DNA from: Phycisphaera mikurensis NBRC 102666
GTDB taxonomy: Bacteria; Planctomycetota; Phycisphaerae; Phycisphaerales; Phycisphaeraceae
Length of the DNA stretch: 32,000 nt
NCBI RefSeq assembly: GCF_000284115.1
Contig: NC_017080.1
Location: forward strand, 2,010,001-2,042,000
Direction: 5' to 3'
Below, in pieces: positions 18,902 through 27,497 of the stretch (positions are counted from its first letter, which is position 1; each line of letters starts with the position of its first letter). Position numbers and translations under genes: made by a program. The notes beneath the pieces are model-generated. The model had not been told where the DNA came from, did no database searches, and saw only the letters and a program-made list of their open reading frames with translations.

Positions 18902-20086
18902 TCAAGCCAGCACGCGGGCGCCCTCGCAGGGGCGCGTGATGAAGGCCGTGGCCTCGACGCCGGTGGCGCCGCGGTAGCCGGTGGAGATCTCCTCGGCGAG
19001 CGCCTCCGCCTCCGCGGCCTTCACCAGCGTGACGGTGCAGCCGCCGAAGCCCCCGCCGGTCATCCGCGACCCGTACACGCCGCGGCCCTCGTGGCGGGCG
19101 TGGTCGGCGAGCTCGACGAGGGTGTCCAGCTCGCGGGTGGAGACCTCGTAGTCGTCACGCAGGCTGGCGTGGCTCTCGCCCATCAGCCGGCCGGCCTCGC
19201 CGTAGTCGCGGGCGAGCAGGGCCTCGGCGGCGAGCTGGCAGCGCCGGTTCTCGGTGACGACGTGGCGGGCCCGCCGGTGCGTCTCGCCGGTCAGCTCGCC
19301 CGCGTCCGCGGCGGCCCGCACCGCCTCCGCGTCGGCGTCGCGGAGGGCGCTGACGCCGAGGACCTCCGCCGCGGCCTCGCAGGAGGCGCGGCGCTGGGCG
19401 TAGGCACCGTCGGCGAGGGCGTGGCTCTGGTTCGAGTTGAGGATCAGGACCGCGAGCGCGGGGTCGTCCAGCGGCACCGGCTTGGCGGTCGTGTCGCGGC
19501 AGTCGATGAGCAGCGCGTGCCCTTCGCGGCCGGTGGCGGAGATCAGCTGGTCCATGATCCCGCAGGGCACGCCGGCGAACTCGTGCTCGGCGGCCTGCGC
19601 GGCGCGGGCTTTGTCCGCGGGGTCGAGCGTCCGGCCGGTGAGGCCCTCCAGCAGCGTGATCGTCGCCACCTCGATGGCGGCGCTGGAGGAGAGGCCGCCG
19701 CCGGCGGGCACGCTGCAGTCGATGATCGCGTCGAAGCCGCGAGCGGGCAGGCCGGCGTCCAGCGCGGCGGCGAGGGCGCCGCGGAGGTAGTTGGACCAGG
19801 CCGGCTCGCCGCGCGTGGGGCGGGAGCCGAGGTCGAAGGCGGCCGTCCCCGGGAAGGCGGTGGAGCGGAAGCGGACGGTGAGGTCGTCGCGGCCGACGCC
19901 GTGGACGAGGGCCTGCCGGTCGATCGCCAGCGGCATGACGAAGCCGTCGTTGTAGTCGGTGTGCTCGCCGATCAGGTTGACGCGGCCGGGGGCCACGGCG
20001 ACGACCGCCGGGCCGCCGGCTCCGGGGAAGGCGGCGCGGAAGGCGGTGGCCACGCGGGCCCGCTGCTGGGGGATCGTCTCCGTCAT
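18902..20086 (-). CDS. galK: Galactokinase
   Basis: APGRVNLIGEHTDYNDGFVMPLAI, VPAGGGLSSSAAIEVAT, CGIMDQ, GSRMTGGGFGGCTVTLV. Confidence 0.96.
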   Translation of the reverse strand: MTETIPQQRARVATAFRAAFPGAGGPAVVAVAPGRVNLIGEHTDYNDGFVMPLAIDRQALVHGVGRDDLTVRFRSTAFPGTAAFDLGSRPTRGEPAWSNYLRGALAAALDAGLPARGFDAIIDCSVPAGGGLSSSAAIEVATITLLEGLTGRTLDPADKARAAQAAEHEFAGVPCGIMDQLISATGREGHALLIDCRDTTAKPVPLDDPALAVLILNSNQSHALADGAYAQRRASCEAAAEVLGVSALRDADAEAVRAAADAGELTGETHRRARHVVTENRRCQLAAEALLARDYGEAGRLMGESHASLRDDYEVSTRELDTLVELADHARHEGRGVYGSRMTGGGFGGCTVTLVKAAEAEALAEEISTGYRGATGVEATAFITRPCEGARVLA

Positions 20087-20188
20087 GCGGAAGGACCTTA
20101 AGAAGGTGCGGACGCTCCGCCGCGGACCGCGACGCGCAAACGGCGGATCCGGCCGCGGTCCGCGGGCCCGGGCCGGCGGCCGCGGGGA

Positions 20189-21094
20189 TCAAGCCGCCGG
20201 CGTCACCTTCAGCGAGCGGTCGATCCGCCGCATCAAGCCGCCGAGCACCCGGCCGGGCGGAAGCTCGAGGAAGTCGCGGTGACCGTCCGCGGCGGCGCGC
20301 TGCATCGACTGCGTCCAGCGGACCGGCGCGGTCAGCTGCTCGACGAGCCGGGCCTTGATCGACTCGGCGTCGGCTTCGTGCGGGGCGGCGGTGACGTTGG
20401 CGTACACGGGCACGGTGAGCGGCGACCAGCCGACGCCGTCGAGCGCGGCCCGGAGCCGCTCGGCCGCGGGGGCCATCAGCGGCGAGTGGAAGGCGCCGGC
20501 AACGCTCAGCTCCGTCGCGCGGTAGCCCGCCTCGCCGGCGGCTTCGGCGAGGCGGGCGCAGGCGTCGACCGAGCCGGAGGCGACGACCTGCATCGGCGAG
20601 TTGAAGTTCGCCGGGACGAGCACACCGTCGCCGCGGCACGCGTCGCAGAGCCTGACGATCGCCTCCTCCTCCACCTCGCCGGTGAGCGCGACCATCGTGC
20701 CGCCGCTCGCCTCGGCGGCCTCCTGCATCGCCTCGCCGCGCAGCTTCACGAGGCGGAGGCCGTCGGCGAAGGAGAAGGCCCCGGCCAGGTGCAGCGCGGT
20801 GAACTCGCCGAGCGAGAGGCCCGCCGCGGCGGTGACCTCCGGCAGCGTCCCGGTCGACGCGCGGCCGCGGTACGCGGCGACGGAGTCGGTGTAGATCGCC
20901 ACCTGCGCCATGTCGGTGCGGTTGAGCATCTCGGCCGGCCCGTCGCTGCAGAGGCCCGAGAGGCTGAAGCCGAGCAGATCGTCGGCCTCCTCGAAGACGG
21001 CGTGCGCCGCCGGCGGTGCGTCGCGGCCGGCGGCGCCCATGCCGACGGACTGGGCGCCCTGGCCGGGGCAGAGGAGGAAGGTGGATTCAGGCAT
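20189..21094 (-). CDS. fabD: Malonyl-CoA:ACP transacylase
   Basis: FLLCPGQGAQSVGMG, AGLSLGEFTALHLAGAFSF, AGAFHSPLMAPA; downstream of fabH. ATG 21094. Confidence 0.95.
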   Translation of the reverse strand: MPESTFLLCPGQGAQSVGMGAAGRDAPPAAHAVFEEADDLLGFSLSGLCSDGPAEMLNRTDMAQVAIYTDSVAAYRGRASTGTLPEVTAAAGLSLGEFTALHLAGAFSFADGLRLVKLRGEAMQEAAEASGGTMVALTGEVEEEAIVRLCDACRGDGVLVPANFNSPMQVVASGSVDACARLAEAAGEAGYRATELSVAGAFHSPLMAPAAERLRAALDGVGWSPLTVPVYANVTAAPHEADAESIKARLVEQLTAPVRWTQSMQRAAADGHRDFLELPPGRVLGGLMRRIDRSLKVTPAA

Positions 21095-21244
21095 GCGGGC
21101 GAACCTACCGCACAACCCCAAGCCGCGGACGGCGTTGCCGCGGCGTCGGCACCGCCCACCCTCCGCGGGACCCCGATCGCCGCCGCCCGGCGCTGCGGCC
21201 GGGCGGTGCCGACGCCTCCCGGCTCCTCGCGCTTGGAGAGCGGC

Positions 21245-22462
21245 CTACAGCCTCCAGAGGCTCGTTGCCCAGGTCATCCCGCCGCCGATCGCCAGGAAGA
21301 GCACGAGGTCGCCCTCGTCCACGCGGCCGCTTCTGCGGACCTCTTCCAGGCACAGCGGCACGCTCGCCGCCGAGGTGTTGCCGTGCCGGTCGATGTTGAT
21401 GTACATCTTCTCGGGCGGGAGCCCGAAGCGGTCGGCCGCGGTGGCCATGATCCGCTGGTTGCTCTGGTGGGGGATCACCAGCTTGAGGTCGGCGGGCCGG
21501 AGCCCGGTCGCGGCGAGCGATTGCTCGATCATGTCGCAGGTCTTGATGACCGCGAACTTGAACACCTCCTGGCCCTGCATCTGCAGCGTGTCGTAGGCGC
21601 CGTTCCAGCCCGGCTGGCCGGTGTCGGAAGCGTCGATGCCCTCGGGCAGGTCGCTCTCCCGCCGCGGCATGTAGAGCGAGCCCCACTTGCCCCCGTCCGA
21701 GCCCATGCTCTGGTGCAGCACGCCGCGGTGATCGGCTTGGTCGGCCGAGAGGATGGCGGCGCCGGCGCCGTCGCCGAAGAGGATGCACGTGCGGCGGTCG
21801 TCGGGGTTCACGTGCCGGCTGAGGACCTCGGCACCGACGACCGCGACGTGGCGGTACATGCCGGTCTGCAGCGAGGCCGCGGCGAGGTTCATCCCGTAGA
21901 CGAAGCCCGAGCAGGCAGCCGCGAGGTCGAAAGCGCCCGCAGGCGTCGCTCCCACCGCGTCGGCCAGGCGGGCGGCGGTGGAGGGGCAGGCCATCGCCGG
22001 CGTGATGGTCGCGACGATCACGAGGTCGAGGTCGGCGCCGCGGAGACCGGCGTCGTCGAGCGCGTTGCGGAGCGCCGTCAGGCTCAAGGAGTGCAGCGAC
22101 TGGTCGTCCGCGGCGTACCGCCGCTGGTGGATGCCGGTGCGCTGTCGGATCCACGGGTCGGTGGTGTCGACGCGGGCGGCGAGGTCCTCGTTGGTCACCA
22201 CGCGGCCGGCGAGGCCGACGCCGGTGCCGGCGATCCGCACGCCGCGGTGCCCCTCCAGCGCCGTCGCCGCGGTGCCGGGCAAGGTGGCGCCGGCCGGCGC
22301 GATCCGCCCGGGCGTCGCGCCTGGCACCTCGCGGTCGGACACCCGGTCTGCACCGGCGGGGCCCGGCTCCGCAAGCGCCTCGCCCGGCCGCGGCGCGCCC
22401 GGGCTGCCTTGATCGCTGAGCCCGCCCCCGAGACCGCCCGTGGCGTTGCTCTGCTGGTTCAC
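21245..22462 (-). CDS. fabH: Beta-ketoacyl-ACP synthase III
   Basis: TTDPWIRQRTGIHQRRYA, FDLAAACSGFVYGMNLA, GDGAGAAILS, VIPHQSNQRIMAT, GNTSAASVPLCL. GTG 22462 overlaps the plsX stop; a shorter start is possible. Confidence 0.93.
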   Translation of the reverse strand: MNQQSNATGGLGGGLSDQGSPGAPRPGEALAEPGPAGADRVSDREVPGATPGRIAPAGATLPGTAATALEGHRGVRIAGTGVGLAGRVVTNEDLAARVDTTDPWIRQRTGIHQRRYAADDQSLHSLSLTALRNALDDAGLRGADLDLVIVATITPAMACPSTAARLADAVGATPAGAFDLAAACSGFVYGMNLAAASLQTGMYRHVAVVGAEVLSRHVNPDDRRTCILFGDGAGAAILSADQADHRGVLHQSMGSDGGKWGSLYMPRRESDLPEGIDASDTGQPGWNGAYDTLQMQGQEVFKFAVIKTCDMIEQSLAATGLRPADLKLVIPHQSNQRIMATAADRFGLPPEKMYINIDRHGNTSAASVPLCLEEVRRSGRVDEGDLVLFLAIGGGMTWATSLWRL

Positions 22463-23541
22463 CTTCCGGCCCCGCGTGCGTGGTCGCTGCAGCCGAGCCG
22501 CTCGACGATCGCCTCGTTGATGCCCGACTTCTGGTACGCGATGGCGTTGCGGATCGTGTTGCGGATCGTCCGCGGCTCGCTGCTGCCGTGGCAGATCATG
22601 CAGATGCCGTTGGCCCCCAGGAGGGGCGCCCCGCCGTACTCGTGGTAGTCGTGCTTGGCGTAGATCTTCTTGACGACCGGCTCGAACTTCATCGCCAGCT
22701 CGGGATCGGTCTCGAAGATCTCGTGCGCGATCAGCTTGAAGATGCCGGCCGACAGGCCCTCGGCCAGCTTCAGCACCACGTTGCCGGTGAAGCCCTCGGT
22801 GACCACGACGTTCGCCTTGCCCTCGAACAGCTCCCGCCCCTCGACGTAGCCGACGTAGTTCAGGCCCTCGTCGCCGCGGCACAGCGCGTTGGTCTCGCGG
22901 ACGAGCGGCGTGCCCTTCTCCTCCTCGCCGCCGATGTTCATCACCGAGACCTTCGGGTCCTCCACGCCGATGATCCGCTCCGCGTAAACCGAAGCCATGT
23001 GCGCGTACTGGTGGAGGTGCTGGGCCCGTGGCTCGGGGTTGGCCCCCACGTCGCACACCACCACCGGGCCGTGGAAGGTCGGGAGCACGACGGCAATGCC
23101 GGGGCGGTGCACGCCGGGCAGGCGGCGCAGCTGCATCTGGGCGGCGGCGACGCAGGCGCCGGTGTTGCCGGCGGAGATGATGGCGTCACAGGCCTTGTCC
23201 GCGGAGACGGTGCCGGCGCCGCCGCGGGCGCTGCCGCGGCCGAGCTCGGCCATGCGGACGATCGAGCTGTCGCTCTTGCCCCGCAGCGCCTTGGTGGGCG
23301 ACTCGGCCATGCCGATCACCTCCGTCGTCGCCTCGATCTCGTACCGCGGGTCGCCGGCGAGCCCGCCTTCCTCGAGCCCCTCCTCGATGATGCCGCGGTC
23401 GCCGATGAGCACGACGGTGTGCGCGTCGTCGGCGGCCGCGTCAGCCCCGGCGGGCCCGAGCAGGTCCGCCGCGGCGAGGGCACCGGAGAGGATGGCGTCG
23501 GGGGCGTTGTCGCCACCCATCACGTCGAGAGCGATGCGCAA
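22459..23541 (-). CDS. plsX: Phosphate acyltransferase PlsX
   Basis: RIALDVMGGDNAP, SAGNTGACVAAAQMQLRRLPGVHRPGIAVVLPT, DVGANPEPRAQHLHQYA, EGFTGNVVLKLAEG. TTG start at 23541 gives the canonical short N-terminus. Confidence 0.95.
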   Translation of the reverse strand: MRIALDVMGGDNAPDAILSGALAAADLLGPAGADAAADDAHTVVLIGDRGIIEEGLEEGGLAGDPRYEIEATTEVIGMAESPTKALRGKSDSSIVRMAELGRGSARGGAGTVSADKACDAIISAGNTGACVAAAQMQLRRLPGVHRPGIAVVLPTFHGPVVVCDVGANPEPRAQHLHQYAHMASVYAERIIGVEDPKVSVMNIGGEEEKGTPLVRETNALCRGDEGLNYVGYVEGRELFEGKANVVVTEGFTGNVVLKLAEGLSAGIFKLIAHEIFETDPELAMKFEPVVKKIYAKHDYHEYGGAPLLGANGICMICHGSSEPRTIRNTIRNAIAYQKSGINEAIVERLGCSDHARGAGR

Positions 23542-23678
23542 AGCGGGGGGGCTCCGAAAGGGCTCGTTGGAGGAGACGCGGACCGACGGGCTCGGCTCGC
23601 GCACGGGACACACGACGGCGTGGCCGCCGCGGAAAGACGTCGCGCCGGGCGGAACGGCGGGCTTCTCCGCCCCGGGGG

Positions 23679-23873
23679 TCAGTCCTTGGCCGCGGCGACG
23701 CCGTGGGCACGCACCGACAGGCCGGGGCGCACGTAGCCGCAGTTGCGGCAGGCGCGGTGGGGGAGCTTGGTGTCGCCGCAGTTCGGGCACGCGGCCGACT
23801 GGATGGCGGTGAGGCCGTGATGGGATCGGCCGTGGCGGGTCTGGCTGTGGGTCTTGCGCTGAACGGGAAGCAT
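23679..23873 (-). CDS. rpmF: 50S ribosomal protein L32
   Basis: MLPVQRKTHSQTRHGRSHHGL...CPNCGDTKLPHRACRNCGYVRP, two CxxC pairs, directly upstream of plsX as in the standard cluster. Confidence 0.95.
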   Translation of the reverse strand: MLPVQRKTHSQTRHGRSHHGLTAIQSAACPNCGDTKLPHRACRNCGYVRPGLSVRAHGVAAAKD

Positions 23874-23979
23874 CGGGTGCTCTTGGGGCTGAGGCGGAGG
23901 CTGAGGCCGGGGGACCGGAGCCGCATCCTCGCGACGCCGGGCGGAGAGGGTAGCAACCGCGGTCCCGTAGGATCGGGGC

Positions 23980-25134
23980 TTGGCCGGCCCGTCGCCCACG
24001 CTCGTCCACTGCACCAACGGCTACCCCCTGGCGGGGGAGCGGTGGGAGGACGTGCTGGCGTCGCTCGGCGAGCACGCCGCGGCGGTCGCGGCGTTGCAAG
24101 CCGGCGGGGAACCGCTCCCGCTGGGCCTGTACCTGCCCGCGGCGGCGGCGGAGCGGCTGATCCGGGACGAGCGGATCGACACCTTCCGCGGCGGCATGCG
24201 GGCCGCGGGGCTGAGCGTCCGGACCCTCAACGGCTTCCCCTTCGCCCGCTTCCACACCCCCGGTGATCCCCTCCGCGTGTACCGGCCGGCGTGGGACGAC
24301 CGCCGCCGGGTGGAGCAGTCGCTGCACCTCGCCGCGGTGCTGGTGGAGCTGCTGCCCGCGGGCACGCAGCACGCGTCGATCTCGACGCTGCCGATCGGCT
24401 GGGGGAGCGACCGGCTCGACCTCACGGCCGCCGCCGCGAACCTCCGCGAGGTGGCGGTCCGCCTCGCCCGGCTTCTCGACCGGACCGGCGTCCGGATCAC
24501 GATCGACCTCGAGCCCGAGCCGGGCTGCCTGCTCGGGGACGCGGCCGCCGCGTGCCGCTTCTTCGACGAGCACCTCGGCGGTGCGACCCAGAGAAGGCAC
24601 CTGGGCGTGTGCCACGACGTGTGCCACGCCGCCGTGCTCTTCGCGGACCAGGCCCAGACGCTCGCCGCGTACCGGCACGCCGGGATCGGGGTGCACAAGG
24701 TGCAGCTGACCAGCGCTCCGGACGTGGTCTTCGACGGCTTGGACGAGCCGATGGCCGACGAGGCCGTCGCGCTGCTCCGCACGCTGCCCGGGGAGCGCAG
24801 CCTGCGCCAGACCTCCCTCGGCGGAGAGGCGTCGGGCTTCTTCGAGGACCTCGGCGAGGCGCTGTCGGCCCACCCCCGGCCCGGCGGCCGGTGGCGGGTG
24901 CACCACCACCTGCCGCTGACGCTGGCGGGGCTCGGCCCCCTGCGGACGACGCGCAACGCCGTGGCGGAGGCGCTCGAGGACCTGGCGGCGCACGGCGAGC
25001 GACCCCTCCTCGAGACGGAGACCTACACCTGGGAAGCGCTGCCGCCGGCGCTGCGGGCGGGCTCCCTCGCGGAGGGGCTCGCCGGCGAGCTCGCCTGGGC
25101 GCGGGCGCGGATCGATCGGGCGTGGAGCCGGTGA
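23980..25134 (+). CDS. eboE: EboE-like TIM-barrel protein (metabolite traffic)
   Basis: LVHCTNGYPLAGERWEDVLASL, STLPIGW, ITIDLEPEPGCLLGDAAAACRFFDEHL, LGVCHDVCHAAVLFADQAQTLAAYRHAGIGVHKVQLTSA, VHHHLPLTL. Immediately followed by the UbiA-like gene. Confidence 0.82.
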   Translation: MAGPSPTLVHCTNGYPLAGERWEDVLASLGEHAAAVAALQAGGEPLPLGLYLPAAAAERLIRDERIDTFRGGMRAAGLSVRTLNGFPFARFHTPGDPLRVYRPAWDDRRRVEQSLHLAAVLVELLPAGTQHASISTLPIGWGSDRLDLTAAAANLREVAVRLARLLDRTGVRITIDLEPEPGCLLGDAAAACRFFDEHLGGATQRRHLGVCHDVCHAAVLFADQAQTLAAYRHAGIGVHKVQLTSAPDVVFDGLDEPMADEAVALLRTLPGERSLRQTSLGGEASGFFEDLGEALSAHPRPGGRWRVHHHLPLTLAGLGPLRTTRNAVAEALEDLAAHGERPLLETETYTWEALPPALRAGSLAEGLAGELAWARARIDRAWSR

Positions 25135-25874
25135 GTGTTTTCGCGGCCTGGGCCCGCCTGCTGCGCGTCGCGAACGCGCCCTCCGCGTGGAGCAACGCGG
25201 TCCTGGGCCTCGCCGTCGGGGCCGCGGCGGCGACCACGCCCCGCGGCGTCGGCCCGGCACCGCTCCCGACGCTCCTGAACGAGGGCTTCCTCCTGCTCGT
25301 CTCCGCGACCCTGTTCTACGCCGGCGCGATGGCGATGAACGACGCCGCCGACGCCGCGACCGACCTGCGGGAACGCCCCGGCCGACCGGTGCCGTCCGGG
25401 GCGGTCAGCCAGCGGGCCGCCCACCGGGCCGGCAAGCTGGGCGTCATCGGCGGGCTCGCGGCCCTGGTCGCGTACCCGCAGCCGGAGGTCGTCGGCCTCG
25501 GCACGCTGCTCGCGCTGTCGATCGTGCTCTACAACGCGCTGCACCTCCGGCACGCGTGGACCGTGGCGCTGCCGGCGCTCTGCCGCGGGCTGCTCGTCGC
25601 GATCGCGGTGCTCGTGGTGCCCGCCGCCGGGCCGACCGACGCGGTCGTCCCCGCCCTGGTCGTCGCCGCCGCGGTGCTCGCCGTCTCGGCCTACGCCCGC
25701 AGAGAGGCCGAGCACCCCGGGCGGCCCGCCCGCGTCGGCCGGCTGCTCGGGTCGCTGCCGGCGCTCGACGCGGTGCTGGTCCTCCTGCTCGCCGGCAACC
25801 CCGAGGCCGCGGTCTTCTGCATCGGCTGCGGCGTCCTCGGCTTCATCGGGCAGCGTTTCGCGGCCGCGAGCTGA
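25131..25874 (+). CDS. eboC: UbiA-like prenyltransferase (EboC-like)
   Basis: LLRVANAPSAWSNAVLGLAVG, NDAADAATDLRERPGRPVPSGAVSQRAA (NDxxDxxxD motif), polytopic membrane profile. GTG 25131 overlaps the eboE stop. Confidence 0.8.
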   Translation: MSVFAAWARLLRVANAPSAWSNAVLGLAVGAAAATTPRGVGPAPLPTLLNEGFLLLVSATLFYAGAMAMNDAADAATDLRERPGRPVPSGAVSQRAAHRAGKLGVIGGLAALVAYPQPEVVGLGTLLALSIVLYNALHLRHAWTVALPALCRGLLVAIAVLVVPAAGPTDAVVPALVVAAAVLAVSAYARREAEHPGRPARVGRLLGSLPALDAVLVLLLAGNPEAAVFCIGCGVLGFIGQRFAAAS

Positions 25875-25895
25875 GCGGCGCCGTACGGTCGGGGC

Positions 25896-26333
25896 ATGCC
25901 TCCGATCCCGCTGCTCGCCCTCGCCAAGCCGCACTGGTTCGTGGCCGGAGCCGAGGCCTGCGCCACCGCGATCGAGGGCATCGGCATCCTGATCATCCTC
26001 TTCGGCGGCCTCTTCTGCCTCGGTCGGTACGCCCTTGGGCGGCTTCGCGGCGACGGCGAGGACGCCGGGTACGCACGGCTCCGCGAGCGGCTGGGCCGCG
26101 CGATCCTGCTCGGCCTGGAGTTCCTCGTCGCCGCCGACATCGTCGCGACGGTGCTCATCGATCCGACGCTCGAGAGTGCCGCGGCGCTGGGCCTGATCGT
26201 CGTCATCCGCACCTTCCTCAGCTGGTCGCTGGAGGTGGAGCTCGAGGGCCGGTGGCCCTGGCAGGGCAGAGCCCACGCGGCCGACCCGGCAGGGCGATCG
26301 GATCCTTCTACCGTCCGGGATGCACAGGAATGA
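25896..26333 (+). CDS. DUF1622 family membrane protein
   Basis: ACATAIEGIGILIILFGGLF...YARLRERLGRAILLGLEFLVAADIVATVLIDPTLESAAALGLIVVIRTFLSWSLEVELEGRWPW. Confidence 0.85.
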   Translation: MPPIPLLALAKPHWFVAGAEACATAIEGIGILIILFGGLFCLGRYALGRLRGDGEDAGYARLRERLGRAILLGLEFLVAADIVATVLIDPTLESAAALGLIVVIRTFLSWSLEVELEGRWPWQGRAHAADPAGRSDPSTVRDAQE

Positions 26334-26928
26334 GAGGCGAAGCGAGGACAGCCGCGACCTCGAGGACGTGCTCGACACGCTCAAGGAGGAGGCGGACGGG
26401 CAGGAAGACGGCCGCCTCACCCTTGGCGAGGTCATCGACGCGTTCCGCCACCGGCCCGCCGGCACGCTGCTGCTCGTGCCCGCCGTCGTGATGGTGTCGC
26501 CGCTGGGCGCCATCCCCTCCGTGCCCACCGTCACCGCCGCGCTCGTGGCTCTCATCGCCGCGCAGATGCTCTTCGCCCGCAGCACCCCCTGGGTGCCGGG
26601 CTTCCTCCGACACCGCGGCCTCGCTCCGGAGAGAGTGATCTCCGCCGTCGACAAGAGCCGCCCGGTCGCCCGCTTCCTCGATCGCTTCATCCGCCCCCGA
26701 CTCCAGCCCCTCACCGGCGAGATCGGCCGCCGCGTCATCGCCATCGTCTGCGTCCTGCTCTCCGTGCTCACCCCGCCCCTGGAGCTGGTCCCCTTCGCCG
26801 TCTACCTCCCCGGCACCGCCATCCTGCTCCTCTCCCTCGCCCTCGTCGGCCGCGACGGCCTGCTGGCCGCCGTGGGGCTCGCCCTCGCCGCGGCGGGGCT
26901 CGCCACCGCGGCGTGGACGCTCCTCTAA
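26320..26928 (+). CDS. ExoD family exopolysaccharide-synthesis-related membrane protein
   Basis: LTLGEVIDAFRHRPAGTLLLVPAVVMVSPLGAIPSVPTVTAALVALIAAQMLFARSTPWVPGFLRHR...VISAVDKSRPVARFLDRFIRPRL is the ExoD pattern. Confidence 0.87.
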   Translation: MHRNERRSEDSRDLEDVLDTLKEEADGQEDGRLTLGEVIDAFRHRPAGTLLLVPAVVMVSPLGAIPSVPTVTAALVALIAAQMLFARSTPWVPGFLRHRGLAPERVISAVDKSRPVARFLDRFIRPRLQPLTGEIGRRVIAIVCVLLSVLTPPLELVPFAVYLPGTAILLLSLALVGRDGLLAAVGLALAAAGLATAAWTLL

Positions 26929-27067
26929 AACGACGATCTCGCGGGCCCGTGCCGATCGATCGCAACCATCGCGATCGGGTTTCCACCGGCCTGAACGGGT
27001 TCCGGACGACGCCCATGACCGGAGGCGAGCAGCGCGGGTACCACCGGCCCGGGCAGGTCGTCTTCGA

Positions 27068-27405
27068 TCAACTCCGGTCGCTCTTCTGCAGCAGCACGGG
27101 CACCTCCAGGCTGTCGCCCTCGATCATGAGGTCCTCCGTGGTGTCCCAGCCGACCGACTCCTCCTCGGCGGGCCGCAGGGTGCCGGCCGAGGGCGTGAGG
27201 GCCAGCCGCCGGGCCGCCTCCTTGCCGTGCCAGTGCAGGCCGAAGCGGGGAGGCTCCTTCCCCTCGTCGACGGGCGTCTCGCCGACGAGGGCCTTGAGCG
27301 CCTCCACGTCCACCGCCGGCCCGGTCTTGCCCTCGGTCACCACCCCCGGGAACAGCGCCGCCAGCTTCAGAAGATTCTCTCGCGCGACGTCGGCGGACTG
27401 CGGAA
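27068..27405 (-). pseudogene. Truncated N-terminal fragment of a type III restriction-modification DNA methyltransferase (Mod)
   Basis: Frame reads ENLLKLAALFPGVVTEGKTG-PAVDVEAL...FGLHWHGKEAARRLALTPSAGTLRPAEEESVGWDTTEDLMIEGDSLEVPVLLQKSDRS-stop. Matches the typical Mod N-terminus, but stops just before the expected DPPYNTG catalytic region. Confidence 0.8.
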
Positions 27406-27497
27406 GCGCGCCGCCACGGGGACGGCGGTGGGGGAGGGAGCGTCGGCCATGCGGCCGTTGTACCTCGCCACGCCGTCACAGAACCGGGTGTGGCGGC

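Noticed and set aside
22459-25260. 933-aa ORF as a giant PlsX fusion
   Set aside because: The upstream part is antisense to eboE and out of frame with rpmF; the real PlsX begins near 23541.
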